From: Strigamia acuminata
Taxonomy: Eukaryota
Length of the DNA stretch: 64,000 nucleotides
Direction of reading: 5' to 3'
Assembly (NCBI GenBank): GCA_949358305.1
Contig: OX442314.1
Location: forward strand, 17,980,001-18,044,000
Below are positions 32,852-44,198 of the stretch, piece after piece. The translations under genes and the position numbers were made by a program. The notes beneath the pieces were generated by a model. The model was given only the letters and a program-made list of their open reading frames with translations. It searched no databases and was not told the DNA's origin. Numbering within the stretch: position 1 is the stretch's first letter; every line of letters begins with the position of its first letter.

Positions 32852-34035
32852 ATGAATGTGTATATCGCTCACTTTTTGCTAATTCTAGTTTCCATTGCCA
32901 ATAACTTATGTTCTCATATGATCAATGGAGACTGTAGTAATATCGTGGATTCCGTTGACAAATTTTCAGACATAGAGAAGCTATTTAACCAACGATTAGA
33001 TCCTTTAAAAGGCGAACAGTAAGTGCAATATAAAAATTGAAACCATAAACCAACAGTTAATAAATTGATGCAATTTTTAATATAAAAATACTTTTTAATT
33101 TTAGGTTTACGGTGAAAGAAATCAGGGAAAATAAAGATGAATACGATTATTACCTCGGAATATGTGCAGATGCTAAATCGCCAGTTAAAAACCCCAGACC
33201 AAACGCAGGAATGGTTCAAATAAAGAAAGCAGATAAGGAGATCAAAGTTTTAGGTTTATATAATGAAACTGAGTTTCTTGGAGGTGGTACGTACTCAATT
33301 AATCTTCTATTACGACAATGCAATTTATTTTAAATAACATTTTTATTTTTTTTAAGATAATTGGATGCTTCTCAAGTATAAAGGAGGTGACCTGTATCAC
33401 CATTGCAAAGACATACACAATATTTCGCAGCCGAGACAGACACTCATCATGATTACATGTGGACCGCCATTAAAAGTGCCTAATTAATACAATAACTGAA
33501 ATAATTAGTAAATGATCCATTATTACGCTTGCAGGGCGAGCTCTCAATGTTGGAGGAGAATATTGGTGTCCACGAAGAATGTTATTACCTTTTCCAATTC
33601 GAAAGCAGTGTTGCATGTACACCTCAAGATGGACTGAGTGCTGGTTCTATATTTTGCATAATGTAAGAAATACACGGGGGAAAAATGCTGCCACTTATTT
33701 GATATATTTTTTTTATTTAGATTGCTTACATCAGTTGGATTATATCTTCTCATTGGATTTCTTCATCAAAGAATTGTAGTTGGGGCTAAGGGATTGGAAC
33801 AGATTCCGAACTACAACATGTGGAAAGAATTTGGAAAATTGCAAGCGGTACAATAACGAATATTAAATGTTGTGAACGTTTTGCTAAAAGATTTCTAACT
33901 ATTTTATAGGATGGATGCGATTTCTTATGCCGATGTGGTGAACGTCAAGAAGCTAAAATGTATAGAGGAATTGATGATCAACTTTTAAATCCGGAGGCGA
34001 GAGATGATAGAGATGAACGGCTGTTGCCAATGTAA
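32852..34035 (+). CDS. M6PR: Cation-dependent mannose-6-phosphate receptor (CD-MPR/MPR46) homologue, 6 exons, 282 aa
   Basis: Exons 32852-33018, 33105-33286, 33357-33475, 33535-33662, 33721-33847 and 33910-34035 join in frame through short GT-AG introns. The protein has a signal peptide, an MRH domain (YYLGIC, AGMVQI, LGLYNET, DNWMLLKYKGGDLYHHC, RQTLIMITC, EEN, CYYLFQFESSVAC) and a TM helix. Its tail [31 protein letters not shown]...YRGIDD...DDRDERLLPM is characteristic of CD-MPR. Confidence 0.93.
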
Positions 34036-36072
34036 AAAAAAATGCACATCAAAGCTCTTCAGTTTCAAGTTGTAAATACTGGTTCTTAATTCTTTGATCT
34101 TTTTTGGACTTGGTCAGTTAACACGGTGTTTGGATTCGTACTTTTTCTATGTTTACTTAATTTTTCACTTCGCTAATCGGTGTCAAACTTTCGCTGAGGA
34201 AAATCACCTACGGTTCGAGATTTAAATTCTCACTAGTCAAAATACTTTTAATTTATTCCAAATAAGTCTCAGGAAAATTTTAACACGAAATTTGAATTAC
34301 CGGTAAAGAGATTTCCTGAACGTGCCTTTTAACTTGATAATGAAGCTAAAATGGTTAATTCGAAAGAAAAAAAAGAATAAGTGTTTATTTTTTTGAAATA
34401 GCCTTTTAAGCTGTAAAAAATAAGTAGAAGTTGCAACACGAAATCCTCTTTTGTTTGCAATAAAACTAATACTATAACATTTTTCATTTTTTATAGTAAT
34501 TTAAATGTTAGTTTTTCTTGTACTTACCCTATTTTCTTAAACTGCTTTAAATCCAAACACTTGAGGAGTTTACAAGAGAAAAAAAAATAAGCACAGGAAT
34601 CAATATCCTTTACTCAGACAGAGGCCTGGATTTATTTATTTACTCGACATTTGAAACTCAAAGAAAACTAATGTAACAGTAATTTCATCATTGTTACAAA
34701 ATTAAATAAATAAAGTTCTATTGATGTTTTCGTTGTACTAAAAATATTTGCATACCACGAAGGTCTTTGAAATGTTTGAATTGCACTTTAGTATCTACTT
34801 AAAATTAAAACCCAAGACAATTAAAGACAGAAAATGATTGTCTCTCATCCTAAAATCAATTACACGAACTTTTAAAATTATGTAAACTCTCAAAATATAA
34901 ATTGGAATGACACAAAAAAAGCAATTAGCAAAATGATTCTTTTAAGCCACATGGGAACTTTTGCAGTTGTTAATTAGATCATAATACGCAAGAACAATTT
35001 AAATGCAACTCGATAAATTCCTTTTGCGGGTAAATTGGGGTACTAAACGGATTTAATACTGTAAATCGCCCAGTTTTATAAGTACCAGGTTATCGTAACC
35101 TTTTTTCCTTTCCTTGTGCATATACATTACAAGGATTTACAGTACAAAAATAGTTGCTTTTTCTAAACAGAATATGGAGTATATGATATGACTTTGGATA
35201 CCGAACCTGAATACAGATTCTAAAGTACATTTCTTTTGCTTAATTAATCACCTGATATAAAACACCAGGTAAATGGTAGAAAGGAGGTGGGTGGAAACAT
35301 CAATGCAAAGTGATATCACACCGGGTGCTTTTCACTACTTGAAGCTATAGTGTAATATTAAATGCTACGTACAAAGAACCTGTTTGCAAAACGGGAAAAA
35401 GATAAAAGTTGTTAAAAATCATGATGATGCGTTAGTCAACCGGTATTCTAAGAACACTCAGTTTTACATGTGATATTTGTTTGAATACATTCGAAATAAA
35501 AAGTAGCAAAATCTTGTGCCATGGCAAAAATTGTTTACGAAATCCAAGTCTCAAAAAAACTACCGTTAGGAACTAAGAATTCTATAAATTGAACATACAA
35601 AATGGTCGCTACATGCAGCGATGACATTGCACTATACAAAGTTAGATTTTTGTTTAAATATCTTGCTCGATCATATCTTTTTTGTGTGTTTAAAAAAATC
35701 TTTATACAATTTACAAGCCAAATATCAAAAGATCCAAGTTGTAATAACAAATGACCAAAATTTCCTTTATAAAATAATTTCTCAAATAATCAGCTGCTCG
35801 GTCGTTTGACCCCAAATAACATTTTCAGCAATTATCTAGATGCTCGCAAAAAAGCTGATTAATTAAACTCGTGACTTCGACCAAGTTGAATGAGTCATGG
35901 CTTATTTTCGTAACTTGAAACAAAAAAATAAATAAACCCATGTGTCTCCACATTTTGGCCAGCAATTATTACACTTGTTTTGATAAAATAAGGTGATGCT
36001 TTGAAAAGCAGCGTGCGTAAAGCTTGTCTAGTACGCTAAGTGAAAACATCACCGCTTAAATACTTCAATTTA

Positions 36073-37157
36073 TTAATTATGAGCTGCTCTTTTTCCTTTC
36101 ATGTACTCAATCCATCTTTCTGCTGTCGTCTTTAAAATAGGGTCATCATCTATAGTTGCCAAGAGTAAAAGTTGGTCGATGTGTGTAGTATGATAGTCCC
36201 ATCGGGCCAGATTGGGAGCCACCCCGAGTGTGAAATGTCTTAAGTCGTAAATAGAAGAGGACCCTGAGTCGAAAAATGGAAGCATTTTTTTCAAGCTGTG
36301 CATACCATCGTTGAACAGTCCCGTGACTTCTTCTAACTTCTGTTTGGAACACGCTAGCAATGACTTCGCATGCTCTCTTCGATTTTTCTCCTCATAAATA
36401 CAACCTTCTTTGACGTCGTAAAGGCCAAGAAGGGCATAAATAAACCCGTTGAGCACAAAGGAGCTAGGTATTGTAGGATATTCTTCGTACCACACGTATT
36501 TCTCCAAAAATTTGGTCATCACGCCATGTTCCTGACTGGCGATCCTAAAAAGTCCCAATGCTTGGAGCGCCGAACTTAGATATTTCATTTCGCCGGTCGA
36601 TCTGTAGGCGCGTGTTAAAACCGACATCGCTTGTCCTTGTGCCATAGCGCTGTACCATCCCGGCTGCAGGTTAGACATCCCCAGCGTGTTGAACCGTCTC
36701 TCGACAAAGATGGGCCAGCCACCATTTTCGTCTTGATTGCGCAACAGCCAATTGGAGGCGTCGAAGAAGTGAGCCACGTGTGCAGAAGAGCTCATGGTCA
36801 CATTGTCCACAGCACCTGAACCCCTCATAACTAAGTTGAGGATTTTGATTTTAGAAAAATGTAACTTGGGTCGTTTGGAGGACTTGCCCCCACTGAACCC
36901 CTTCTTAAAGTCAATGGATATGTCTCGAGTGATGTGTCCCCACTGAGATCTCCAAGAACCCATGCCATAAAACACATGGTTACCTTCGATACTCATCATC
37001 TGTGTAGAACATACGTAATGAATAAAATATTTCTCTCGCCGATCTTTTTCTTCCAGGCCGATACTTAAGCTGCCATTGTTATTAAACCGAAAATCTAAAC
37101 TCAAAACAAAATCCGCGTTTTCGTCCAGTTTAAGCAATACTCCACTCTCCAAAGATT
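36073..37157 (-). CDS. GLCE: D-glucuronyl C5-epimerase (heparan sulfate), last coding exon
   Basis: Acceptor tttttag|AATCT. Contains the C5-epimerase C-terminal motifs GWYSAMAQGQ, WYEEYPT, SFVLNGFIY, YDLRH, PNLARWDYHTTH, RWxxYMKGKRAAHN-stop. Confidence 0.96.
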
Positions 37158-37214
37158 CTAAAAAAAAGTATATATCGTAATAAAAAAAATAATTAAAATA
37201 ATATTTAATATTAC

Positions 37215-37448
37215 CATCTGTTGAAAACACCATGACTCGACTGTTTGCTAGTTTGTCCCATTTATAGGATGTTCGTGCTGATGAATCTCGCTCGTGCCAC
37301 AACCCCCTGTGCGTTTCACCATCTTCATAAGTCACTGATTTTGGCTTTGGTTCCGTGATGTTTTTGCTGTAGTGGCTAAGTCCGTACTGTGATATTTGAA
37401 TGGGATAATAATAACCACGCGCATCCCACTGGGTAGACACCGGAACAC
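37215..37448 (-). CDS. GLCE: D-glucuronyl C5-epimerase coding exon (GVPVSTQW...YYYPIQISQYGLSHYSK)
   Basis: Acceptor tttcag|GTGTT and donor GATG|gtaata; the phases agree with the neighbouring exons. Confidence 0.93.
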
Positions 37449-39480
37449 CTGAAAATGGAGAAAAATAAATAATGGCATTTCCATTAAAGTCTTATTTGAT
37501 ACTTTGGAAATTATGGTCATGCAATTTGACAGTCTTCCTTAACGAAATGGAATTCCCCTAAACAGAATCAGTCCTAGATAACGCTATTGATTCGTACTGA
37601 CGTCAATGCATTAGTTCCTACAGCTAAGGCAAGAAGACCATCAAGACACACTCTGCAAGAACTTGTGCACGCACCTACAAAACGGCTTTGATCAGATTGA
37701 TTGCCCGAGATGTGTGCAGTGTGCAGTGTGCACTCTGCGAAAAAAAATGTATAAAAGCGCTGCTCCACCTCAATCTCTTTAAAGGAAAAGCCCTCAACTA
37801 ACGAACCTCCCTTAATCTAGCAAAACGTGTGAATTATTCACGTCAGATGAGATTTTCGAAAATTACCTGTCATTTACAAACTTTGTGTAATAATAAATAA
37901 ATAAATTTTAAAGCCGCCGCACCAAACTTGTACAATAAATTTTTAAAAATAGTTTCTTATTATTGTAATGAAGATTGCATAATTTAACATTAAATCCCCA
38001 AATATCGACTCAATTTCAAAACTTTAATAAAAAATTCAATCCGCTTCAGTTTATTAGAAAATTAGTTTAGAGTTACGACAGAAAGTTCCAGAAAAATAAA
38101 CTTTTTCGGTTAAGACAGCAAAATCCACATCCGGAAACAAATGAGAGTCCAAGCCCAATATCATCACCAAGATGGCAGAGGAAGACGAATGGTTCCAAAG
38201 GGATGCTTCATCCTTTCTGACCTCGCCCGTTCCGCCCTTGCAATTTCTATTGGCAAGAATTCATTGGAGGATACAAAAGAGAAAAGACCGACATTCCCTT
38301 TACCTTCATTCCCCCCCACTATCTTGTACGAAATAAAGGGATGAACCAACTTTTCGCGTCAATTCTCAAGTGTGAATTCTCGTGGGAAATGCAAAGGCAA
38401 CTCCTTCAACAACTTTCTCGACTTATAAACGTGTTGACTATGCATGGACACGATACCGACTGTCCAATTGTCAAGATAATCTACAACTCAACCAAAAAAA
38501 AAAGAAAATTACATTTCCCTTCCTCATTTTCACACATCTCACGTGTATTACTCCCCCCGCATACGGTTCACATCACTTTTAAATCATTCTTATATTCAGA
38601 TTATTTGAAAACTGTAATTGTATATTTAAATTCGTGCAGGAAACTCTTATTTAATAAAAGAGTCGCGTATTTGCACGAAATTCGCATTTTTTAGTACGTG
38701 TGGGAAAGAAGAGCGAAAAAGAAAGTGATTATCATATGTGAGAGAACAATTAACATAATCGAAGATGACTTTTGCATTCCGAATGTGTAACGTGAACTGC
38801 TTAAGTACTGAGTTAAAACCCTCTTTCGGTATTCATGCTGCATTTTCAACAGCAGTGTCAAGGGAGTTTAGATTTTCATGTATTTAAAGCCTCACCTACA
38901 CTGCCCAACATTTTTAAGGGCACTGGTAATCCAACTGTACTCAGTGCTACGTGCAACCAAACTTCCGACTGCGCGCAGAATCTTGATGCCAAATTAAAAC
39001 TGCACATTCCATTACGCGCACATGAAAAAATGGCTTGTTGCACAAGATGTAGTGTTATTACCTGTTGGTATTGCCGTGTGTGCAGATAGGATTGATTGCG
39101 CAGTTTGAATTTGGCATATAAATTCCAGGCGCAGGCCGTAAGTACATCAATCATACAGCAGCTGTCAGCTGCAAACGGCAAACATTTCAAATTCTCTGGT
39201 TTATCGGACAAAAAAATCTTTTTGTTGAATCCTTAATTAAGGTGCAACAAACCTCGAATAATTTATGAACAGCTCCTTGCAGCTGTGACTCTTCTAAAAA
39301 ATAATGATACCAATACTAATAATAATAAATATTGGATTTAAAAATTTTTAATATATTTTAATTTCTATTTTATTTAAAAAAAAAAAAAAAAACACTAAAA
39401 TGTAGGACTAATCATTTCAAAACGTCAAATACGAAAGCAAAGAAAAAAGTCAAACAGATAAAATTGAAGCAAAAGAAAAC

Positions 39481-39565
39481 ATGAAAGTGAATCGAAAGAA
39501 AACAGATGAAAGTGAATCAAAAGAAAACAGACGAAAGTGAATCAAAAGAAAACAGATGAAAGTCA
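39481..39565. repeat. 25-bp tandem repeat, ~3.4 copies
   Basis: atgaaagtgaatc(a/g)aaagaaaacag at 39481, 39506, 39531 and 39556. Confidence 0.9.
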
Positions 39566-41098
39566 ATTGAAAAAAAATAAAGAGGAAATCAAAATTCTCT
39601 AATTCTAAAGCTGTAACCTTTTTCAATATAAAATTGTTCTAGCCTAAAACTAATTAGTAACATAACCCAGAGCAGGAGGGAAAGAAACTAAAGTGCTCTA
39701 GCCGCATGTCATCCCTTTGGAAAGGGAGTTTCTCTTGATTGAATGCACGGCGCAATCTAATTATAATTGATTTTTCCCTCCTGCAATATGTCAACAACAA
39801 AACAGTAATTTTATGATCAACTTATTACTCACGCGTAAACATTCCCTCCAAATAGATGAAATTATATAGAAAATTATATAGTGAAAAAAATACGAATAAC
39901 CCGTAAAAAAAAAAAATCGATGATAAGAAAACAACAAATAATTTCACAAACGAAACATAAATTTTGCATCCGCCATCTCCAAATATTAATTTGATTAATA
40001 ATTAGAATAAAACCAATTTCAACGTTAACGGCAAATGAAAAAAATGTTTAATCAGAGCGCCTCACGGTCCTTCAAAGTCTGCAAGAAGCAGTGGAATGTT
40101 AATCAAGGGGACCCCCGTTCCCCCTGCTTAAAGCCAGTTCAGTACGAAAATAATTCAATGGATGCAATGCGTAACAATTGGGTTTGGTGAGGTCTATGTT
40201 ACACAAGAAATTATTGAATTTTTTCCCTTAGCGATTTAATTAGTTTTGGGATTTTATAACACGCAGTTTGTTGCTTCATTTATTTAATTTAAGAACGAAG
40301 CTTCGCAACCTCGTCGGTCATCATCAAGTTTCATCTTTTTCTGCAGTGTCTTTCGGCCCTTGTATTGTGTGTCTGCAGTCAGCAGCCACACAATGCCTGC
40401 CGCTACTATCTAATTTAAACTCGCTTCAAGTGTTTTAAACTTTTCACATGCAATTACGTTCCATTTATCATTAAAATGGCAGTAATTGGCATAACGTAAT
40501 GTACTAATATTAATTAAAATAAACAAAAAGCATTCATTAATCCAATTAGGAAAGTAATGCACAATTTATATTATTGCATTTCCATCCACCTGCATACGCA
40601 GCAATTTAAGATATTAATTAATTTACACTTTTAGATAAGCTAAAAAAAAAAAAAAACCTTAAAAATCCAGTATTTCTCTCCTTTAAAAAACAGTTTAAAC
40701 TTGGAATAAAGGAAGCCTCAAACCATGACAACTCAAAACAAATTGCATCAAATAATAAGGTGGACATGGTTTAGGCCCAAAGGTTAAGAACGGCTTAGTA
40801 AACACTTTGAAAAATCCGTGGGAACGCGAATGGGTGGACAACATCTCATCATCTTGAGTGCCACGCGTTTGATTGGCACTCTTCCTCATCACATCAGAAA
40901 CGCGCAAAGTGCGCGGTTTAAAGGTAAGTAGAAAAAATAAGAAATAAAAATAAAAGTAAGAGTAAATAACCGAGGGAAAAAAACGAAAAACTCATCGAGC
41001 TTATCTAAACCCTTCTCTCTTTCTCTCGCCGAGTAGGTTTGTTAGAGAAATAAAAACATTGCGGTTAATTTGAGCAACCACAAAGTTACATCATTTAC

Positions 41099-41276
41099 CA
41101 TCTGTGGCGCTGACGCACTTGACACGCTCCCGCGCCTCAACATGGTAGTTTTTAAAGTGCATGAAGGGCCCGCTGGGGTCATATACTCCTTGCGGGTAGT
41201 AGAACTTAGATGAGCTGTGCTGCCATTCGAACCGTTCATATCCACCGGACGCCGAAAGAACCACTTTACCGTAAAC
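41099..41276 (-). CDS. GLCE: D-glucuronyl C5-epimerase coding exon (VYGKV...RFEWQHS...[16 protein letters not shown])
   Basis: acag|GTTTAC acceptor and GATG|gtaaat donor. Contains conserved GLCE N-domain motifs; this frame is not in the ORF track. Confidence 0.92.
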
Positions 41277-41346
41277 CTGTGTTAAACGGGATAAAATTTA
41301 AATGAAGAAAATATAAAATAAAATCTCGAAAATCCATTAAACGCAC

Positions 41347-41541
41347 CTCAAAATACTTATGTAAAAAACTAAAAGGTACGTAAACTTCTTGGCCCTCGCG
41401 TCGACACGAAATGGGATAGTCGCCATTGATCAAACATTCAATTTCCTCCAATGTGTTTGTATTAAAATCTTGCCTCGTCGGTCCGTTCACTGCATTCCCA
41501 TACACCGAGTCTTCCATATACGAGTCATCTTTATGAAGTTC
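41347..41541 (-). CDS. GLCE: D-glucuronyl C5-epimerase coding exon (ELHKDD...EEIECLING...[13 protein letters not shown])
   Basis: ttag|GAACTT acceptor and GAG|gtgcgt donor, phase 0/0. Contains the EIxCLING and YxPFSF motifs. Confidence 0.9.
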
Positions 41542-44042
41542 CTAAGAAAGAGAGATAAAAAATCCGAATTACCCCATTATAGTAACAGATATTAAACATC
41601 AAATCAGATTTATCTACGGAATGGGCCCACAGCATAGATTTGTCCCATATTTTATTACCTTTAAATTTCCCCGCTCGAGGCACCTGAAACTACCAGAAAA
41701 CATAGCGAAAAGACATGTTGCACCAACCTCATAAATCGATCGTCTTTAAGTGGGGCTACTTATAAAAATGCTCAAAGTGCCTTCAATTACTCATCGTAAA
41801 ACTTTTATTGTCTAATTTTCAAACTCGAGCTCAACATCTGCGCATGCGCACTTCATACTTAAACTTTAAATCTCTTTTTATATATTTTTTTATATTTTTT
41901 TTTTCGTAAAAAAAAGTTAGATTTCGACTCGGAAAGTCGACAGTTTTAATTTTTAAATTGCCTAACTTGGTGCAAAGTAGCTCAATCTTGGCCAACCACA
42001 CGTTGTGAGTAGGGCTATGTGATATTATTAATGGTTGGTGTGCGCTTAATGGCAGGTGCAACCCACCACACACTTGTCGAAAACAGTAATGAGAAAGTGA
42101 TGGATATTTTCAGAGCTCCTTTAATGTACTTAGAGTCCATAATTATTCCCACTACCTTCAAATTTATGATGCCGAGAATCGTTACAACCCACGGTGTTAC
42201 AACCTCGCATATCCCCCTTTCACGCGCTAATATGCGGGTTTCGTTTCGCAACTTTGCTACAGGTTTCTCGTTCAAATTACCTCGTCAGTTTCACTCCAAC
42301 CTCAACTTTTCTCAACAAACAAAAGGCTACACTAAATTCCATTGGAAACGGGCATTTTAACAATAAAATTTGAATAAAAAAGGGAATTTCTACTTGGTTT
42401 TTAAGAAGCAAGTATAAATTCCCAACTTAAGTGATTCTGCCTACAAAGAGAGAAAGAAATCTTCCTTGGAGCATGACAATGCACTTGCAAAGTAAACATT
42501 TGCTTAGACATTTACACCTCAGAGGTCACATACATTCTTAAAACATTCGTAAAACATGTTAAATTATACATTTTTCTAGTTTTGTATACATTTAGCATAC
42601 TCTTTAAAATAAGTTTCTCGAAAAATGTCTTCGACCTTGCATTTTTCAATTGAGGCAGTTTCAAACAAAGACGGTGAACAAAAGAATTTGGTCAATTGTT
42701 TTAGTTAAATTGTTGTATAGTTCAACGCGTCAAGAATTAAACTGTTTGCTTGGCGGATGAGCGGGTGTAATGATAGTGCGCTTCGTTGAATGTTGTGTTT
42801 TTGTTTAAAATGCACTTTGTAAATGGCATCTTTTCCACAGAAACGGAAACAACGGAGTCGTTATTGCAACTCAATCTACTGATATACAATTTCAACTAAA
42901 TTGCTTTCTTGGAACAATTGACAAAATATCCCATGTAACAACAGCAAGAACAGCTTTCCTCCAATAGAGTTCCTCAATAGACTCATTTTTCACAAACCTG
43001 GAGGAGGAACAACTGATAAGATCAGTGGCAAATCTCTAAAACAGGTAGACACTCCCACGCTTCACTTCGCCGTCCAAAAATGCAGTTTAACCTTGTCAAT
43101 TTCAACGTATTTCAGCCTGATAAAAAGCCAATATTGTTATTGCCTTTGAAAGAAGTTGTAAATTTTTTCTGTGGGAACCTATTACTACATAAACTACAAC
43201 TTCTTACTAAATTATTGGATAAACTGCATAATCTATACACTGCAGACATGCTCCAGACTTCCTAGCATAGCCTCGGTGCATCATATTTCATGTCATTTAT
43301 TCTCATATTTTTCAATAGCTCAAGGTGGATTCGATTTCTCCACAAAGAGAGTAAACAGAAAAATATTTTTTTTTTCATTGAATTGGATTTGAAGCCACAC
43401 TGATGGTAAGAATGTTCCGTGCGGCCTTACGCACGATTATCTTTTAAAGTGATATGTTAAAAAAAAAAAAACGTCAAAAGCCAAATAACAAAGATAAGAA
43501 TTAACTTTTGTTTTCCACAGGCACTTCAGAAATCAGAAGCATCAAAAACTCATCTTTAAATTTAAAATTCTTCAAAATGGAAATGTAGATATGCATGCAT
43601 TAGCTTAATTTTTACAGGGCTTTGTTCAGAAATTTATGCGAAAATGTGGAATTGTTCCTACATTACGTTTAATGCACATAGTAATTACTTTTTATCTATT
43701 TTTTTTCGTCGCAGGAAAAGGACTCGACAGATAAAGCCATGTAATGTCAAAATAATTTGCTAGAATATTAGTACATGACATTTATCTGTTTTATTCTTCA
43801 TTAAATGTCAGGTATCCCATTTGCCAAAACAACAAACGTCATAAAACAAAAATTACTTTCCTCCATTTCCTTTAAAAACCACAAACTTTTCCATCAACTA
43901 CTTCAACAAAGAAATTGTTTAGTGATCTTCAAGCAGCCAATACAATACACGAGAAAGAAACTTTTCAATTAAAAAAAGATAGAAACTCCTCGAAGCATCT
44001 TTTCCTCGTGAATAAATTATTCATTTCCTATTCTGCTCTTAC

Positions 44043-44198
44043 CTGTAGACTAAACTTAGTTTGAAGGTGTGTATGAACAGCTTCCGGGAAAGGATTTTTG
44101 GCTTCCAGATGTTGACCACATCGAGTCCAATAAGACAGCAGCGTAAAAAAAGACCCAATGACGATGAGGAGCAGCAGTCCCTTGAGGTTGACTCTCAT
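44043..44198 (-). CDS. GLCE: D-glucuronyl C5-epimerase type II membrane-anchor exon (MRVNLKGLLLLIVIGSFFTLLSYWTRC...)
   Basis: ATG at 44198, a short basic tail plus hydrophobic anchor like the GLCE N-terminus, and a CAG|gtaaga phase-0 donor. The exon acceptor is at 44221/44220. The joined model is 615 aa, close to the length of known animal GLCEs. Confidence 0.87.

Noticed and set aside
36073..37440. 455-aa ORF as a complete single-exon gene
   Set aside because: It starts at an internal GTG (Val) and reads through a 57-nt intron. The conserved N-terminal parts are in upstream exons.
38141..39211. Several 60-117 aa ORFs in the GLCE intron as a nested gene
   Set aside because: No recognisable domain, no consistent exon chain, and a composition typical of non-coding DNA.
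32852..44198. M6PR and GLCE adjacency as a functional glycan-processing gene cluster
   Set aside because: Two convergent genes about 2 kb apart in unrelated pathways. Without synteny data the adjacency is not evidence of a system.
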